A stretch of DNA of 64,000 nt, taken from the NCBI RefSeq assembly GCF_036365525.1, contig NC_090399.1:8555558-8619557 (forward strand), in the 5' to 3' direction. Positions 24,180-37,645 of the stretch are shown piece by piece (position 1 is the first letter of the stretch; the number at the start of each line of letters is the position of its first letter). The stretch is from Heterodontus francisci (lineage: Eukaryota). The notes beneath the pieces are model-generated. The model had not been told where the DNA came from and did no database searches. It saw only the letters and a program-made list of their open reading frames with translations. A program made the position numbers and the translations under genes.

Positions 24180-24670
24180 TTGAGGAAGTTCCTCATTCAC
24201 GGAGCGAAAGGGCGGGACAGGACACCGGGTTTCACACTCACTCCCCGGTGATAAATCCCAAAGTGAACCCTTTGACCCAGTGATTCTCACTCAACTCCCG
24301 GTGCGGTGAAATATTCCTGAAGCCACTGACCTGTTTAACACTTTGAGCAGCCGCTTTCCATCTGCAGGGTCCCTCCTCACCCAGAACTTCCTGTCGGCAA
24401 CTTGTCCCCACTCAGCTTCGGTGAGTTTGTAACCTGGACACAGTAAACACTTGGTAATAAACTGGATCAGAGTGAGTCTCTCTCTTTAATGTGAACTCAG
24501 AACAGGAAGGAAAACACCAGCCACTCGGGGGAGAAACCAGAGAAATGTTAAGTCTCTACAAAATGGAGATTAAAAAGGTGGAACCGAGAAAGTGAAACTG
24601 TGTAAAAGACTGGACCATACAGTGTTGTATGTGTTTAAATCGCAAATCATCAATTACAGGAAGTACAAGC
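24180..24670 (-). promoter_or_regulatory. Candidate promoter and non-coding first exon of the butyrophilin-like gene
   Basis: Non-repeat, locally CpG-enriched segment; ISRE GAAAGTGAAACT at 24588-24599; ETS cores ACAGGAAGT at 24656-24664 (+) and 24386-24394 (-); candidate minus-strand donors gtgagt (24241-24236) and gtgag (24290, 24380). Confidence 0.5.
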
Positions 24671-24744
24671 AGTTATAAAACTGAAAAAAACCGCCCTTTG
24701 CTCAAGTACCGAGTCGGTGCAAAGCAGCAATAACAGGCTGGCCA

Positions 24745-25325
24745 ACATAGAAAATAGGAGCAGGAGTAGGCCATTCGAGCCTGCTCCGCCATTCATTATG
24801 ATCATGGCTGATCATCCAACTCAGTAACCTGTTCCTGTTTTCACCTCATATCCTTTGATCCCTTTAGACCCAAGAGCTATATCTAACTCCTTCTTGAAAA
24901 CATACAATGTTTTGGCCTCAACTGCTTTCTGTGGTAGTGAATTCCACAGGCTCACCACTCTCTGGGTGAAGAAATTTCTCCTCACCTCAGTCCTGAAAGA
25001 TTTACCCCGTATCCTTTTAACTATGAACCCTGGTTCTGGACTCCCCCACCATTGGGAACATCCTTCCTGCATCTCCCCTGTCAAGTCCTGTTAGAATACT
25101 GTAGGTTTCTATGAGATCCTCCCTCACTCTTCTGAACTCCAGTGAATATAATCCTAACCGACTCAATCTCTTCTCATACGTCAGTCCCACAATCCCAGGA
25201 ATCAGTCTGGTAAACCTTCGCTACACTCCCTCTATAGCAAGAACATCCCTCCTCAGATAAAGAGACCAAAACTGCACACAATATTCCAGGTGTAGCCTTA
25301 CCAAGGCCATGTATAATTGCAGCAA
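24745..25325 (-). mobile_element. CR1 3' fragment
   Basis: RRNFFTQRVVSLWNSLP and CR1 3'UTR. Confidence 0.85.
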
Positions 25326-25479
25326 GGTTAGATAGAGCCTATGGAGTAAAAGGGACAGTGGCAGCACAGATAGAGAACTGGCTGGGTGATAGGAAATAGA
25401 GAAGTGGTGAATGGTTTTTTTTGGACTGGCGATAGATATATAATGACCCAGAGGTCAGCTTTTCTTGATTTATTTTACG

Positions 25480-26210
25480 TTCCTTAATGGGAAGTGGGCG
25501 TCACTGGCTAGGCCAGCATTTATTGTCCATCCCTAATTGCCCTTGTGAAGGTGGTGGTGAGCTGCCTTTTTTGAACCGCTGCAGTCCATGTGGGGTGGGT
25601 ACATCCATAATGCTGTTAGGAAGGGAGTTCCAGGATTTTGCCCCAGCGATAGTGAAGGAACGGCGATATAGTTCCAAGTCAGGATGGTGTGTGACTTGGT
25701 GGCGTTCCCATGAATTTGCTGCCCTTGTTCTCCCAGGTGATAGAGGTCATGGGTTTGGAAGGTGCTGTCTAAGGAACCTTGGTGCTTTGCTGCAGTGCAC
25801 CTTGTAGATGGTACACACTGCTGCCACTGTGTGTCAGTGGTGGAGGGAGTGAATGTGTGGATGGTGTGCCAATCAAGTGGGCTGCTTTGTCCTGGATGGT
25901 GTCGAGCTTCTTGAGTGTTGTTGGAGCTGCACCCATCCAGGCAAGTGGAGAGTATTCCATCACACTTCTGACTTGTGCCTTGTAGATGGTGGACAGGCTT
26001 TGGGGAGTCAGGAGGTGAGTTACTCGCCACAGGATTCCTAGCCTCTGACCTGCTCTTGTAGCCACATTATTTATATGGCGACTGCAGTTCAGTTTCTGGT
26101 CAATGGTAGCCCCTAGGTTGTTAATAGTGGGGGATTCAGCAATAGTAATGCTATTGAATGTCAAGGGGAGATGGTTAGATTCTCTCTTGTTGAAGATGGT
26201 CATTGCCTGT
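25480..26210 (-). mobile_element. LINE family B 3' part, inserted into an older CR1 fragment
   Basis: IYKAQVRSVMEYSPLAWMGAAPTTLKKLD; CR1 RT remnants flank both sides (~25330-25460, ~26210-26300). Confidence 0.85.
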
Positions 26211-26664
26211 ATATGTTAATGACCTAAACATGGGTGCATAGGCACAATTTCAAAATTTGCGGATGACACAAAACTTGAAAGTATTGTGAACTGTGAGGAG
26301 TATAGAACAGGATTATCCAACATATGGCCTGCGGACCAGGAACTGGCTCATCAAACATTTTCCTCTGGCCTGAAGATGTAAACTGATCCTGGGGCCGTTC
26401 CTCATCATCACCAGGACTGGAGATGAGGAAATTCCCTTTAACTTATTGCGCTGTCAGTTTTCACAGGTGACAGCCGCTGAAATTGGGAACAGCCATTTCC
26501 CAAAAGGTTCCACGTTTACTGGTGGGTTCTGACTTTTTTTTAAAAAGCCGGCTGGGAAACCTCAAGTCTGTTGGGAAGCACCTGTCACCTGTGAAATTGA
26601 CAGTGATCTCTTTTCAAAGAACTTTAAAAGAACGCTCCACTTACTGCAACTGTGTGAGAGAGAC

Positions 26665-27778
26665 AGTGCGGAGGAGGAGGAGGGGAGGGGAAACAGGGAG
26701 AGAAGGGGAGGGGGGAAACGGGGAGAGAAGGGGACGGGGGAAACGGGGAGGGGAGGGGAGGGGGAGTTGGGGGAGGGGAGGGGGAACAGGGGAGGGGAAA
26801 CATGGGGGTGAGGGGGGAAGGGTAGGGGGTGATGGGGGAAGGGTAGAGGGGTAAGGGGAACGGGGGCGGGGGAATGGGGTGGGAAGGGGGAAACAGGAGA
26901 GGGGGAAAACGGGAGTGGAGAGGAGAGGGAAAATGGGAGAGGGAGAAAACAGGGGAGGGGAGGGGAGGGGAGGGTGGGGGAGGGTAGGCGGAAACAGGGA
27001 AGGGTAGGGTGGGAGGGGAGGGGAGGGAAGAGGGGTCGGGGGAAACGGAGGGAAGGGTAGGGGGAAACTGGGAGGGGAGGATAAGGGGAGGGGGAAGGGG
27101 AGAGGAAACGGAGGGGAGGGGAAGGGGTGAAAAGTAGGGGGAAATGAGGAGGGGAAGGTAGGGGGAAATGGGGAGGGGAGGTATGGCAGAAGGGGGAAAT
27201 GGGGGAGAGGAGGGGGTAACGGGAGGGAGGGCGGGGGAACAGGGGAGGTGGGGGGAAACAGGTGGGGGTAACAGGGAGGGGGGAACAGGGTGGGGGAGGT
27301 AGTGAGAGGGGGAACAGGGAGGGAGGGGAGGGAGGAAGGGGAAACAGGAAGGGAGGAAACAGGGAGGGGTGGGATTGAGGGGGAGAACATGGAAAGGAGG
27401 GGAGGGAACAGGGAGGGGAGGGGAGGGAGGGGGAGAACATGGAAAGGAGGGAGGGAGGCGGAGAACAGCAAGGGGAGGGGGGGAGGGGGAGGGGGAAACG
27501 GGGGGGAGGGAAGGAGGGGAGGGGGAAACGGAGGGGAGGTAGGGAGAGGGGGAAACGGAGGAGTGGTAGGGTGGGAGGGGGAAACAGGGAGGGGAGGGGA
27601 GGTGGGGGGAAACAGGGAGGGGAGGTAGGCAGGGACAGAAATGGAGGAGAGGTAGGGAGGGACAGGGAAACAGGGAAGGGAGGCAGATAGGGAGGGGGGA
27701 AACAGGGAGCGGGAGGGGAAGTAGGGAGGTGAGAAACAGGGAGGGGGGAACATGGCGGGGAGGTAGGGAGGGAGGAGA
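26665..27778. repeat. 1.1-kb G/A-rich low-complexity tract (degenerate gggggaaacagggagggg units)
   Basis: Nearly all purines on +, with dozens of G3-G7 runs. Confidence 0.9.
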
Positions 27779-28155
27779 GCCGGTGGCGTAGTGGTAATGA
27801 CACTTGACTTGTAATCCAGAGGCCTGGGCTGATGCCTTGGGGACACGGGTTCAAATCCCACCTCGGCAGCTGGTGGAATTTAAATTCAATTAATTAAAAA
27901 CCTGGAACTGAAAGCTAGTCTCAGTAATGGTGCCATGAAACTATCATCGATTGTTGTAAAAACCCATCTGGTTCACGAATGTCCTTTAGGGAAGGAAATC
28001 TGCTGTCCTTACCTGGTCTGGCCTACATGTGACTCCAGATCCACAACAATGTGGTTGACTCTTAACTGCCCTCTGAAATGGCTTAGCAAGCCACTCAGGT
28101 CAAGGGCAATTTGGGATGGGCAACAAATGCTGGCCTTGCCAGCGATGCCCACAAA
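27778..28155 (+). mobile_element. tRNA-derived SINE with LINE family B tail
   Basis: A-box ggtggcgtagtggt, B-box gggttcaaatccc, tail ggcaacaaatgctggccttgccagcgatgcccac. Confidence 0.8.
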
Positions 28156-28164
28156 CAGCAATGT

Positions 28165-28425
28165 GATAATGACCATTGTCTTTTTTAGTGATGTTGGTTG
28201 AGAGATCAACATTATTCAGAACGTCAGACGGAACTCCCATGCTCTTCTTCAAAATGGTGCTGTGAGATCACCTGGGAGGGCAGATGTAACCTGGGCTTAA
28301 CGTCTTAAACGAAAGACGGCATTTCTGGCAGTGTAGCATTCCATCAGTACTGCATTCGAGTTACAACCTGGATTTTGTGCTCAAGTCTCTGGAGTGGGAC
28401 TTGAACTCATGACCTTCTGACTCCC
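28165..28425 (-). mobile_element. DeuSINE fragment
   Basis: Reverse complement matches the DeuSINE head and core. Confidence 0.6.
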
Positions 28426-29534
28426 CAAGTACCTTCCTGTCGTCTCACTTGGTCTTATAAACTTAACCAACTGTGCTCTCCTTTAATTTAGATTGTGCCA
28501 GTCTCTTTGTGATTGCTGTACCTGATTGGTTTATCTGTAGCTTCAAGTTATCTTGTTCATCAAAGCTTTTTTTTTTCAATTAAGTGTAATATATGGCTCC
28601 TTTGTGGGAGACCATCGGTTAAAAATCTAGAGTGTAATTTTGTTACCAGGAAAACTGTTCGACTGAAACCTACTGCTTTCACTGGAAACAAAATTGCTTT
28701 TGGTCATTCTCAGGTACTTTATAATGTGTTACGTTGTGTAGTTATTGGCAGGCTGCTAATTTTTTAAAACTCAAGCCTCATTGGAAATGGAGGCCCCATT
28801 TGATAGACTGGGGGCAATTTTAACTAAACCCGTCCAGTGAAAGCTGACCAGTTTGGGTGGAATGTTGGTTTTACCTGATTTTATTGTCCATTAAAGTAAA
28901 TTTTCATTTGAATGAATGAATACCAACAGCCACACCATCTTCCTCAGGAATCTGTTTCGTAGATTGACCACTCACTCACTGAAATATTGTTTCCGCAGAT
29001 TAGTTTTGATATCTTCGGTGGCACTTCCCAAACTCGTGGCTTCCACCACCTTGAAGGACAAGGGCAGCAGATACACAGGAATATCACCACCTCCACGACG
29101 CCCCCTCACAAGTCACACACAGCCTTGGAGATATATCACCATTCCTACATCATCTCTGGGTCCAAATCCTGGAACTCCCTGGCTCATGATCAGAACTGGA
29201 AACTGAAAGAGGAGCAAGATATTTTATAGAATTAAACAGAAAGTCAGGTTTTCCATTGGTTAACATAGAGCAGCAATTAATCATCTTCGAGTAGGTAGTT
29301 TAAGAAGCTGCCGAGGTGAAAAAGTGCTGGGTGAGGCATATCTCAATAAGGCAACCAGATGCATTAAAAAGGGGAATGGAAAAAAATGCTGAGCATGGAA
29401 AGGGTAGAGGGTAAAATCAGAGAACAGTGAAAATGCTCAGCAAGTCAGGAGGGATCTGAGGGAAATGTGAATGTTTCAGGTCTATAACTCATCAGAATTG
29501 GAAGATGAACAGGTCAACAGTTTATTAGAAGGAT

Positions 29535-32500
29535 CAGAACATAAGAAATAGGAGCAGGAGGAGGCCATTCGGCCCCTCGAGCCTGCTCCACAATTCAATA
29601 AGATCATGGCTGATCCAATTGTGGCCATAAGTCCACTTTCCTGACTGCCTCCCATAACCCTTGACTTCCTAGTCAATCAAAAATCTGTCCTTGAATATAT
29701 TCAATGACCCAACCTTCTCTGCTCTCTGGGGAAGAGAATTCCAAACACTAACAATCATCTGAGAGAAGAAATTCCTCCTCATCTCTGTCTTAAATTTGAA
29801 ACTGTACCCCCTAGTTCTAGATTTCCCCCATGAAGGGAAACATTCTCTCAGCTCTACCCTCTCAAGCCCCCTTGGAATCTCATACTTTTCAATCTTCCAA
29901 ACTCCAATGAGTATAGGCCCAACCTGCTCAACCTTTCCTCATAAGACAAACCCCTTTCATCCCAGGAATCATCCTGGTGAACCTCCTCTGAACTGCTTCC
30001 AATGCAAGTATAATTTTCCTTTAAATAAGGAGACCAAAACTGTACACAGTATTCTCATTGCAGTCTCACCAATGCCCTGTACAGATGTAGCAAGATTTCC
30101 CTACCTTTATACTCCATCTTCCTGCAATAAATGCAGACCTTTCATGTGCTTTGCTGTACCTGTATGCTGACATTTTGTGATTCAAGTACAAGGACACCCA
30201 GGTCCTGCTGTACTGCAGCATTCTGCAGTCTCTCTCCATTTGAAGAATAATCTGCTTTTCTATTCTTCCTGCCAAAGTGGACAACCTCACATTTTCCCAC
30301 ATTATACTATATCTGCAAAATTTGTTGCCCACTCACAACCTATGTATATCTCTGCAAACTCTGTGCATCCTCCTCAGAACTTGTTTTCCTACCTATCTTT
30401 GTATCGTTGACAAATTTGGCTACAATACCGTTGATGCCTTCATCCAAGTCATTAATATAGATTGTAAATAGTTGAGGCCTCAGCACTGATCCCTGTGATA
30501 CTCTACGAGTTACAATTTGCCATCCTGAAGTTTACCCATTTTATCCCAACACTCTCTGTTTCCTGTTAGTTAACCAGTCCTCTATCCATGTAATATATTA
30601 CCCCCAACACCATGAACTCTTATCTTCCATATAATCTTTTATGTGGCACCTTGTAGAATGCCTTTGAAAATCAAATGCAGTGCATCTACTGGTTCCCTTT
30701 TATCCAACCTGCTTGTTACATCCTCAAAGAACTCTTAATTCAATTTGTCAAACATGATTTCCCTTGCACAAAAACATGTTGACTCTGCCTAATTGTATTG
30801 TGATTTTCTACTACCTCCTTAATAATTAATTTTTCCAATGACAGACGTTGGGCTAACTGGCCTATCGTTTCCTGCTTTCTGTCCCCCTCCTTTCTTGAAC
30901 AGTGATGTTTGAGGTTTCCAGTCCGCTGGGACCTTTCCAGAATCTAGGGAATTTTGGAGTCTTACAACCAATGCATCCACTATCTCTAAACTAGCTTCCT
31001 TTAAGACCCTCGGATGCAGGCCATCAGTTCCAGGGGACTTGTCAACCTTTAGTGCCATTAGTATTCCCATTACTTTTTCTCTAGTAATAGTGATTGTTTT
31101 AAGTTCCTCCCTCCCTTTTGCCTCCTGATTTTCTACTGTTGGGATGCTTTTTGTGTCTTCTACTGTGAAGACAGATACAAAATATGTGGTAGAGACAGGA
31201 ACCCCTCACAACATTTAAGAAGTATTTAGATGACCACTTGAAACGCCATAGCATACAGGGCTATGGGCCAAATGCAGGAATATGGGATTAGAATAGTTGG
31301 GTGCTGTATGGCCGGCACAGACACGAAGGGCTGAAGGGTCTGTTTCTGTGCTGTATAACTCTATAACTCTAAAATACTTGTTCAAAGTCTCTGCTATTTC
31401 CTTGTTTCCCATTATTAATTCGCCAGTTTCACCTTCTAAGGGATCAACAATAACTTTAGCTACTCTTTTCCTTTTTATATACTTGTAGAAGCTTTTACTG
31501 TCTTGCTAGTTTTCTCTCATACTCGTTTCTCCCTCTCTTTTTTTAGTCATCCTTTGCTGGTTTCTAAACTTTTCCTGATCTTCTGGCCTATCACTAATCC
31601 TTACAGCAGTAAACAGCTTTTCTTTCAATTTGATACTACCCTTTAGTTAGCCGTGGATGGTGCATCTTCCTGGTTAGTCTTTCTTCCTCAATTGAATATA
31701 TTTTTCTTGAGAGTTATGAAATATCTCCTTTAAATGTCTGTCACTGCTTCTCTACGACCTTACCTTTTTAACTTATTTTCCCAGTCCACTTTAGTGAACT
31801 CTTGTCTTCATACCCTTGAAATTGCATTTATTTAACAGAACAAGGGAGAGGGTAGTGGGAGAAGAAAAAAAAAATCACCACATAAAAACATAGAAAGATT
31901 TACTGTGAAGAAGGAGACCCTTCAGCCCATCATGTTGGTGACAGCTGAAAAAGAGCTAATGCCGATTGTAACTCTTGGTCCGTAGCCCTGTGGGTTATAG
32001 CACCTCAATTGAATATCCATATTTTTTTAATGCGAAAAGTGTTTCAGCCTCTACCACCCTGTCAGGCAGTGAGTTCCAGACCCCACCACTCTATGGGTGA
32101 ACAAAATACTCCTCAACTCCCTTCTCATCCTTCTGTCAATTACTTTAAATCCATGCCCCCACCCCCACCTTAGTTATTGACCTTTCTGCAAACCTTTCTA
32201 TCCACTCTATCTAGGCCCTTTATCATTTTATACACCCCCATTAAATCTTCTCTGTTACAAAGAAAACAAACTTAGCCTATCCAGTCTTTCCTCATAGCCA
32301 AAATTCTTCATTCCTTGCAACATTATTGAAATCTTTTCTGTAATGTAGTGACCAGAACCGTACACAGTACTCTAGCTGCGGTCTACCTTGTGTTTTATAC
32401 AGTTCTAGCATTACCTTCCTGCTTTTATACTCTGGGCCTCGATCAATCAAGGAAAGTATCCGGTGTGTCTTCTTGACCACCTTATCTACCTGTCCTTCTA

Positions 32501-33060
32501 CCTTCCGGGGATCTGTGGACATGCATGCGAGCAGTGGAGGCTGGGTCATTGAATATATTCAAGGCTGAGTTGGACAGATTTTTGATTGACAAGGGATTCA
32601 AGGAAAGGGGAGTTAAGGCCACAATTAGATCAGCTGCGATCTTATTGAATGGCAGAGCAGGCTTGAGGGGCTGAATGGCCTACTCCTGCTGCTATTTCTT
32701 GCTTTCTTAAGTTCAGAACTGCCCCTTCTCTTATTGGGCTTGCCACGTATTGGCTAAAAAGGCTCTCCTGCATAAATTTTAGGAATTCTGTGTCCTTTAT
32801 ACCTTTTATAATGAATTTATCCGGTTAATGTTAGGGTTGTTGAAATCCCCTACTATTACTGCTCTTTTGTTCTCAGCAATCTGCCTACATATTTGCTCTT
32901 CTATCTCCATCTGATTGTTTAAGGTCTATAGGGCACTCCCAGCTGTGTAAATGCCCCTTTGTTATTCCTCAGTTTAACACATATGGCTTCATTTGATGCT
33001 CCTTCTGGCATATCATCCCTCTTCACCATTGTGCTTGTTTGTTTAACCATAGTGTGTCCC
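29535..33060 (-). mobile_element. Cluster of decayed CR1 fragments (mostly minus; plus-strand 3' ends at ~31186-31370 and ~32530-32705)
   Basis: KSPG-x-DG-x-HPRVLKE, RPQLEYCV-x-FW and endonuclease-like remnants; several CR1 3'UTRs. Confidence 0.75.
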
Positions 33061-33584
33061 CTCCCCCTCTCTATCCAGTCAGAAAACTCTGTAATCATAA
33101 AAGAATGAACTAGAAAGTGTTTGGGTGGAGAAGAGGAAATGATTAAAGGATAGACCTGATAATAGCATGAGATTAAAAAGAAAGCACAGAGAGAAATTGG
33201 AAAAAATAAAAGAGAGACACAGGACTCAAAGTGTGAGTGAATAGTTAAAGCAGAATAGCGAAGGGGGAAGGAACCATGAAAAAAAAACTGGAAAAGCAGA
33301 GCAGGCTGCAGTAACCCCGGAATGTGGTGGAAGGAAAACAGTCGGATAAACACCAGAGGTGTAGTGTATTCTCCGATCATGTTTTCCAGTTCAAAGGCCA
33401 CAAGACCCTTTCTCCACAGATGTTTCCTCACCTGCTGCGAATTTCCAGTATTCTCAGTTTTAGTTTCGGATTACCAGCATCTGCACTTTTTAGCTCTTTT
33501 AGTCAAGGATAATGAGAGAAGACAGTTACAGTATAAAGTGGGTGAGGTCACTGTTTAGAACAGAGAACTGGAAAGTGATCAAGA

Positions 33585-35536
33585 TCATAAGAACTAGGAG
33601 CAGGAGTAGGCCGTCCGGCCCCTCGAGCCTGCTCCGCCATTCAATAAGATCATGGCTGATCTTTTCGTGGACTCAGATCCACTTACCCGCGCTCCCACCG
33701 TATCCCTCAATTCCTTTATTGTTCAAAACGATATCTACCTTAGCTTTAAAGACGTTTACTGAAGAAGCGTCAACTACTTCACTGGGCAAGGAATTCCATA
33801 GATTAACAACCCTCTGGGTGAAGAAGTTCCTTCTTAATTCAGTCCTAAATCTGCTCCCTCTAATCTTGAGACTATGCCCTCTTGTTCTAGCTTCACCTGC
33901 CAGTGGAAACATCCTCTCTACTTGTATCTTATCTATTCCCTTCATGATTTTATATGTTTCTATAAGATCCCTCCTCATTCTTCTGAACTCCAATGAATAT
34001 AATCCCAATCTACTTAGTCTCTCCTCATAAACCAACCCCCTCAACTCCGGAATCAACCTAGTGAACCTCCTCTGCACCCTCTCCAGTGCCAGTATATCCT
34101 TTCTCAAGTAAGGAGACCAAAACTGCACACAGTACTCCAGGTGCGGCCTCACCGGTACCTGATACAGCTGCAACATAACCTCTCTGCTTTTAAACTCAAT
34201 CCTTTTAGCAATGAAGGACAAAATTCCATTGCCTTCCTAATTACTTGCAGACCATCCTTCTGCGATTCATGCACAAGGACACCTAGGTCCCTCTGCATAG
34301 CAGCATGCTGCAACTTTTTACCATTCAAGTAATAATCCTTTTTCCTGTTACTCCTACCAAAATGAATGACTTCACATTTATTAACATTGTATTCCATCTG
34401 CCAGACCTTTGCCCACTCACTCAATGTATCTATGTTCCTCTGCAAAGTTTCACAGTCATCTGCACACTTTGCTCTGCCACTCATCTTAGTGTCATCTGCA
34501 AACTTTGACACCCAACAAGTGGTCCCCAACTCCAAATCATCTATATAAATTGTAAATAATTGCGGTCCCAACACCGATCCCTGAGGCATACCACTAGTGA
34601 CTGATTGCCAACCAGAATAGCACTCCTTTATCCCCACTCTCTGCTTCCTGTTAGTCAACCAATTCTCTATCCATGCTAATACTTTACCCCTGACGCCATG
34701 CATCCTTATCTTATGCAGCAGCTTCTTGTGCGGCACCTCGTCGAAGGCCTTTTGGAAATCTAGGTACACCACATCCACTGGGTCCCCATTGTCCACCTTG
34801 CTCGTAATGTCATCATAGAATTCCAGAAGATTTGTCAAGCATGACCTGCCCTTCATGAACCCATGCTGTGTCTGCCCAATGGGACAATTTCTATTGAGAT
34901 GCCCTGCTATTTCTTCCTTGATAATAGACTCAAGCATCTTCCCCACTACAGAGGTTAAGCTAATCGGTCTATAATTCCCCATCTTTTGTCTACCTCCCTT
35001 TTTAAACAGTGGCGTCACATCTGCTGTTTTCCAATCAACTGGGACTACCCCAGAGTCCAGCGAATTTTGGAAAATTACTGTCAGTGCACCTGCTATTTCT
35101 CCCGCCATCTCTTTTAGTACCCTGGGATGCATTCCATCAGGGCCAGGAGACTTATCAATCCTTAGCTCCATTAGCTTGCCCAACACTACCTCTTCCGTAA
35201 TAATGATTGTTCCCAGGTCCTCACCTACGTTCGTCTCTTTGTCAATTACTGGCATGTTATTAATGTCCTCCACTGAGAAGACCGATACAAAATACCTGTT
35301 CAATGCCTCGGCCATTTCGTCATATCCCATAACTAAATTCCCCTTCTCATCCTCTAAAGGACCAAGCACAGGACCCTGGTATTGGATTTTATCTTCACAC
35401 TCTCCATCTGTATTCTAAATTCAACCATACTGTGATCACTCCTTCCAAGAGGATCCCTAACCATGAGGTCATTAATTATTCCTGTCTCATTACACAGTAC
35501 TAGATCTAGGATAGCTTTCTCCCTCGTCGGTTCCAT
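33585..35536 (-). mobile_element. Young CR1 LINE, 5'-truncated and internally deleted, with a 406-aa RT ORF
   Basis: KSPGPDGMHPRVLKE, YRPISLTS, YLDFQKAFD, PQGSVLGP and FADD; complete 3'UTR. Confidence 0.95.
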
Positions 35537-35552
35537 CAAGAGAAAGAGAAAG

Positions 35553-35930
35553 TCTGGTGACTGGCTATAACGCCCAGTCTTTGTGACCAGTCTCTGTGAC
35601 CGGCTGTAACGCCCAGTCTTTGTGACCAGTCTCTGTGTCTGGCTGTAACGCCCAGTCTCTGTGACTGACTGTAACGCCCAGTCTCTGTGACTGACTGTAA
35701 CGCCCAGTCTCTGTGACTGACTGTAACGCCCAGTCTCTGTGACCAGTCTCTGTAACCAATCTCTGTGACAGGCTGTAACGCCCAGTCTCTGTGACAGGCT
35801 GTAGCTTCCGGTCTTTGTGACCAGTCTCTGTGACCGGCTATGACACCCATTCTTTGTGACCAGTCTCTGTGACCGGCTGTGATGCCCTCACCACTGCACC
35901 GGGTGTAACGCCCTCAATGCTGTGACCAGC
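35553..35930. repeat. 26-bp-based minisatellite (gtctctgtgactgactgtaacgccca)
   Basis: Tandem units are directly visible and abut the CR1 5' truncation point. Confidence 0.85.
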
Positions 35931-36074
35931 TGAGTCAGCTAAATGAACACAGGTTACAGATTGAAACGTCCCTTTCATGGTTTGTCGAGGTCAGAACTGC
36001 ACCTTTCAGTGCATCGAGAGAAGTTTACAATTATACTTTGCAATGTCTTTAGTATCAGCAAATTTAAATATTTG

Positions 36075-36555
36075 GCCTCAGCTGGAGTATTGTGAACAAT
36101 TCTGGGCACCACACTTCAGGGAAGATGTAAGGTGATTAGAAAGGGTTCAGAGGAGGTTTATCTGGGTGTTATAAGGGTAAGAAGAGGTTGGAAAGTTCGG
36201 ACTGTTCTTGGAATGTTACGAGGTGACCTAATAGACAGTTTCAAGATCATGAAAGGTTTTGATAGAGAAAAAAGATTCCCTCTGATGAGATGGTCAATAC
36301 TAGAGGTCATAGATTTAAAATCATTGGCAAAAGATGCAGAGGGGAGGGCTCTCAGGATCTGGAACATTGTGTGAAAAGGCGATAGAAGCTGATTCCTAGC
36401 AATCATTAATTAATAAGAGTTGGATAAATACTTGAAGATGAGGAATTTACAGGGTTAGGGGCAGGGTGTGGGACTAAGCACGATTGCTCTTTCAAAGACC
36501 AGCGCAGACACGATGGGCTGAATGGTCTCTTTCTATGCTATAGGTTTCTATGATT
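36075..36555 (+). mobile_element. Old CR1 3' fragment
   Basis: QLEYCEQFW and LRGDLI remnants plus 3'UTR. Confidence 0.7.
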
Positions 36556-36794
36556 CTACAAAGCCTCATGCGATCACAGAATAGGAACCGACTGCAAACT
36601 AGAGGGAGATGAAGGTGTTCCCCGCCCCTCCCCCCCCTCCTCCTCATTAAGCTCCAACCATGCAAACTGCTTCATGTACCAACAGGAATGGACATCACCA
36701 ACCATCTCCTCCTGAGCCTCAATGTATTTGTTAGGATGGAACAAGCTTACAATCTCATGCTGGAAGCCAAGCTCAAGTTCCCCAATTATTCTCA

Positions 36795-37550
36795 ATTATA
36801 CAGTAAATGGAAAAGTCCTGGGGAAAATTGATGTCCAGAGAGATTTGGGTGTTCAGGTCCACTGTTCCCTGAAGGTGGCAACGCAGGTAAATAGAGTGGT
36901 CAAGAAGGCATACGGCATGCTTTCCTTCATCGGACGGGGCATTGAGTACAAGAGTTGGCAGGTCATGTTACAGTTGTATAGGACTTTGGTTCGGCCACAT
37001 TTGAAATACTGCGTACAGTTCTGGTCGCCACATTATCAAAAGGATGTGGATGCTTTGGAGAGGGTGCAGAGGAGGTTCACCAGGATGTTGCCTGGTATGG
37101 AGGGCGCTAGCTATGAAGAGAGGTTGAGCAGATTAGGATTATTTTCATTAGAAAGACGGAGGTTGAGGGGGGACCTGATTGAGGTGTACAAAATCATGAG
37201 AGGTATCGACAGGGTGGATAGCAAGAGGCTTTTTCCCAGAGTGGGGGTTTCAATTACTAGAGGACACGAGTTCAAAGTGAAAGGGGAAAAGTTTAGGGGG
37301 GATATGCGTGGAAAGTTCTTTACGCAGAGGGTGGTGGGCACCTGGAACGCATTGCCAGCGGAGGTGGTAGATGCGGGCACGATGGAGTCTTTTAAGATGT
37401 ATCTAGACAGATACATGAATGGGCAGGAAGAAAAGAGATACAGAACCTTAGAAAATAGGCGACATGTTTAGAGAGAGGATCTGGATCGGCGCAGGCTTGG
37501 AGGGCCGAAGGGCCTGTTCCTGTGCTGTAATTTTCTTTGTTCTTTGTTCT
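36795..37550 (+). mobile_element. Young CR1 (HER1-like) 3' part
   Basis: Uninterrupted ORF (RDLGV...LYRTLVRPHL-x-YCVQFWSP...WNALP); tail ccgaagggcctgttcctgtgctgtaattttctttgttctttgttct. Confidence 0.92.
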
Positions 37551-37639
37551 ATACATTAGCATTCAAAAACACCAAAATCATTAAAATTAGATACATATAC
37601 AATAAATGGGGGAAGAGAAAAAATAGTTGCAAGAAACTA

Positions 37640-37645
37640 TTTATT
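37640..37645 (-). terminator. Candidate polyadenylation signal of the CRAT-like gene
   Basis: AATAAA on the minus strand about 1 kb past the stop codon, at the end of a repeat-free AT-rich 3'UTR-like stretch and followed by T-rich sequence. Confidence 0.55.

Noticed and set aside
26562-27861. 430-aa and 406-aa proline-rich ORFs (extensin/formin-like)
   Set aside because: Produced by the C-rich strand of the low-complexity G/A tract.
34149-35369. 406-aa ORF as a host gene or active LINE
   Set aside because: CR1 ORF2 fragment, 5'-truncated, with an internal deletion near 35365 and a frameshift near 34220.
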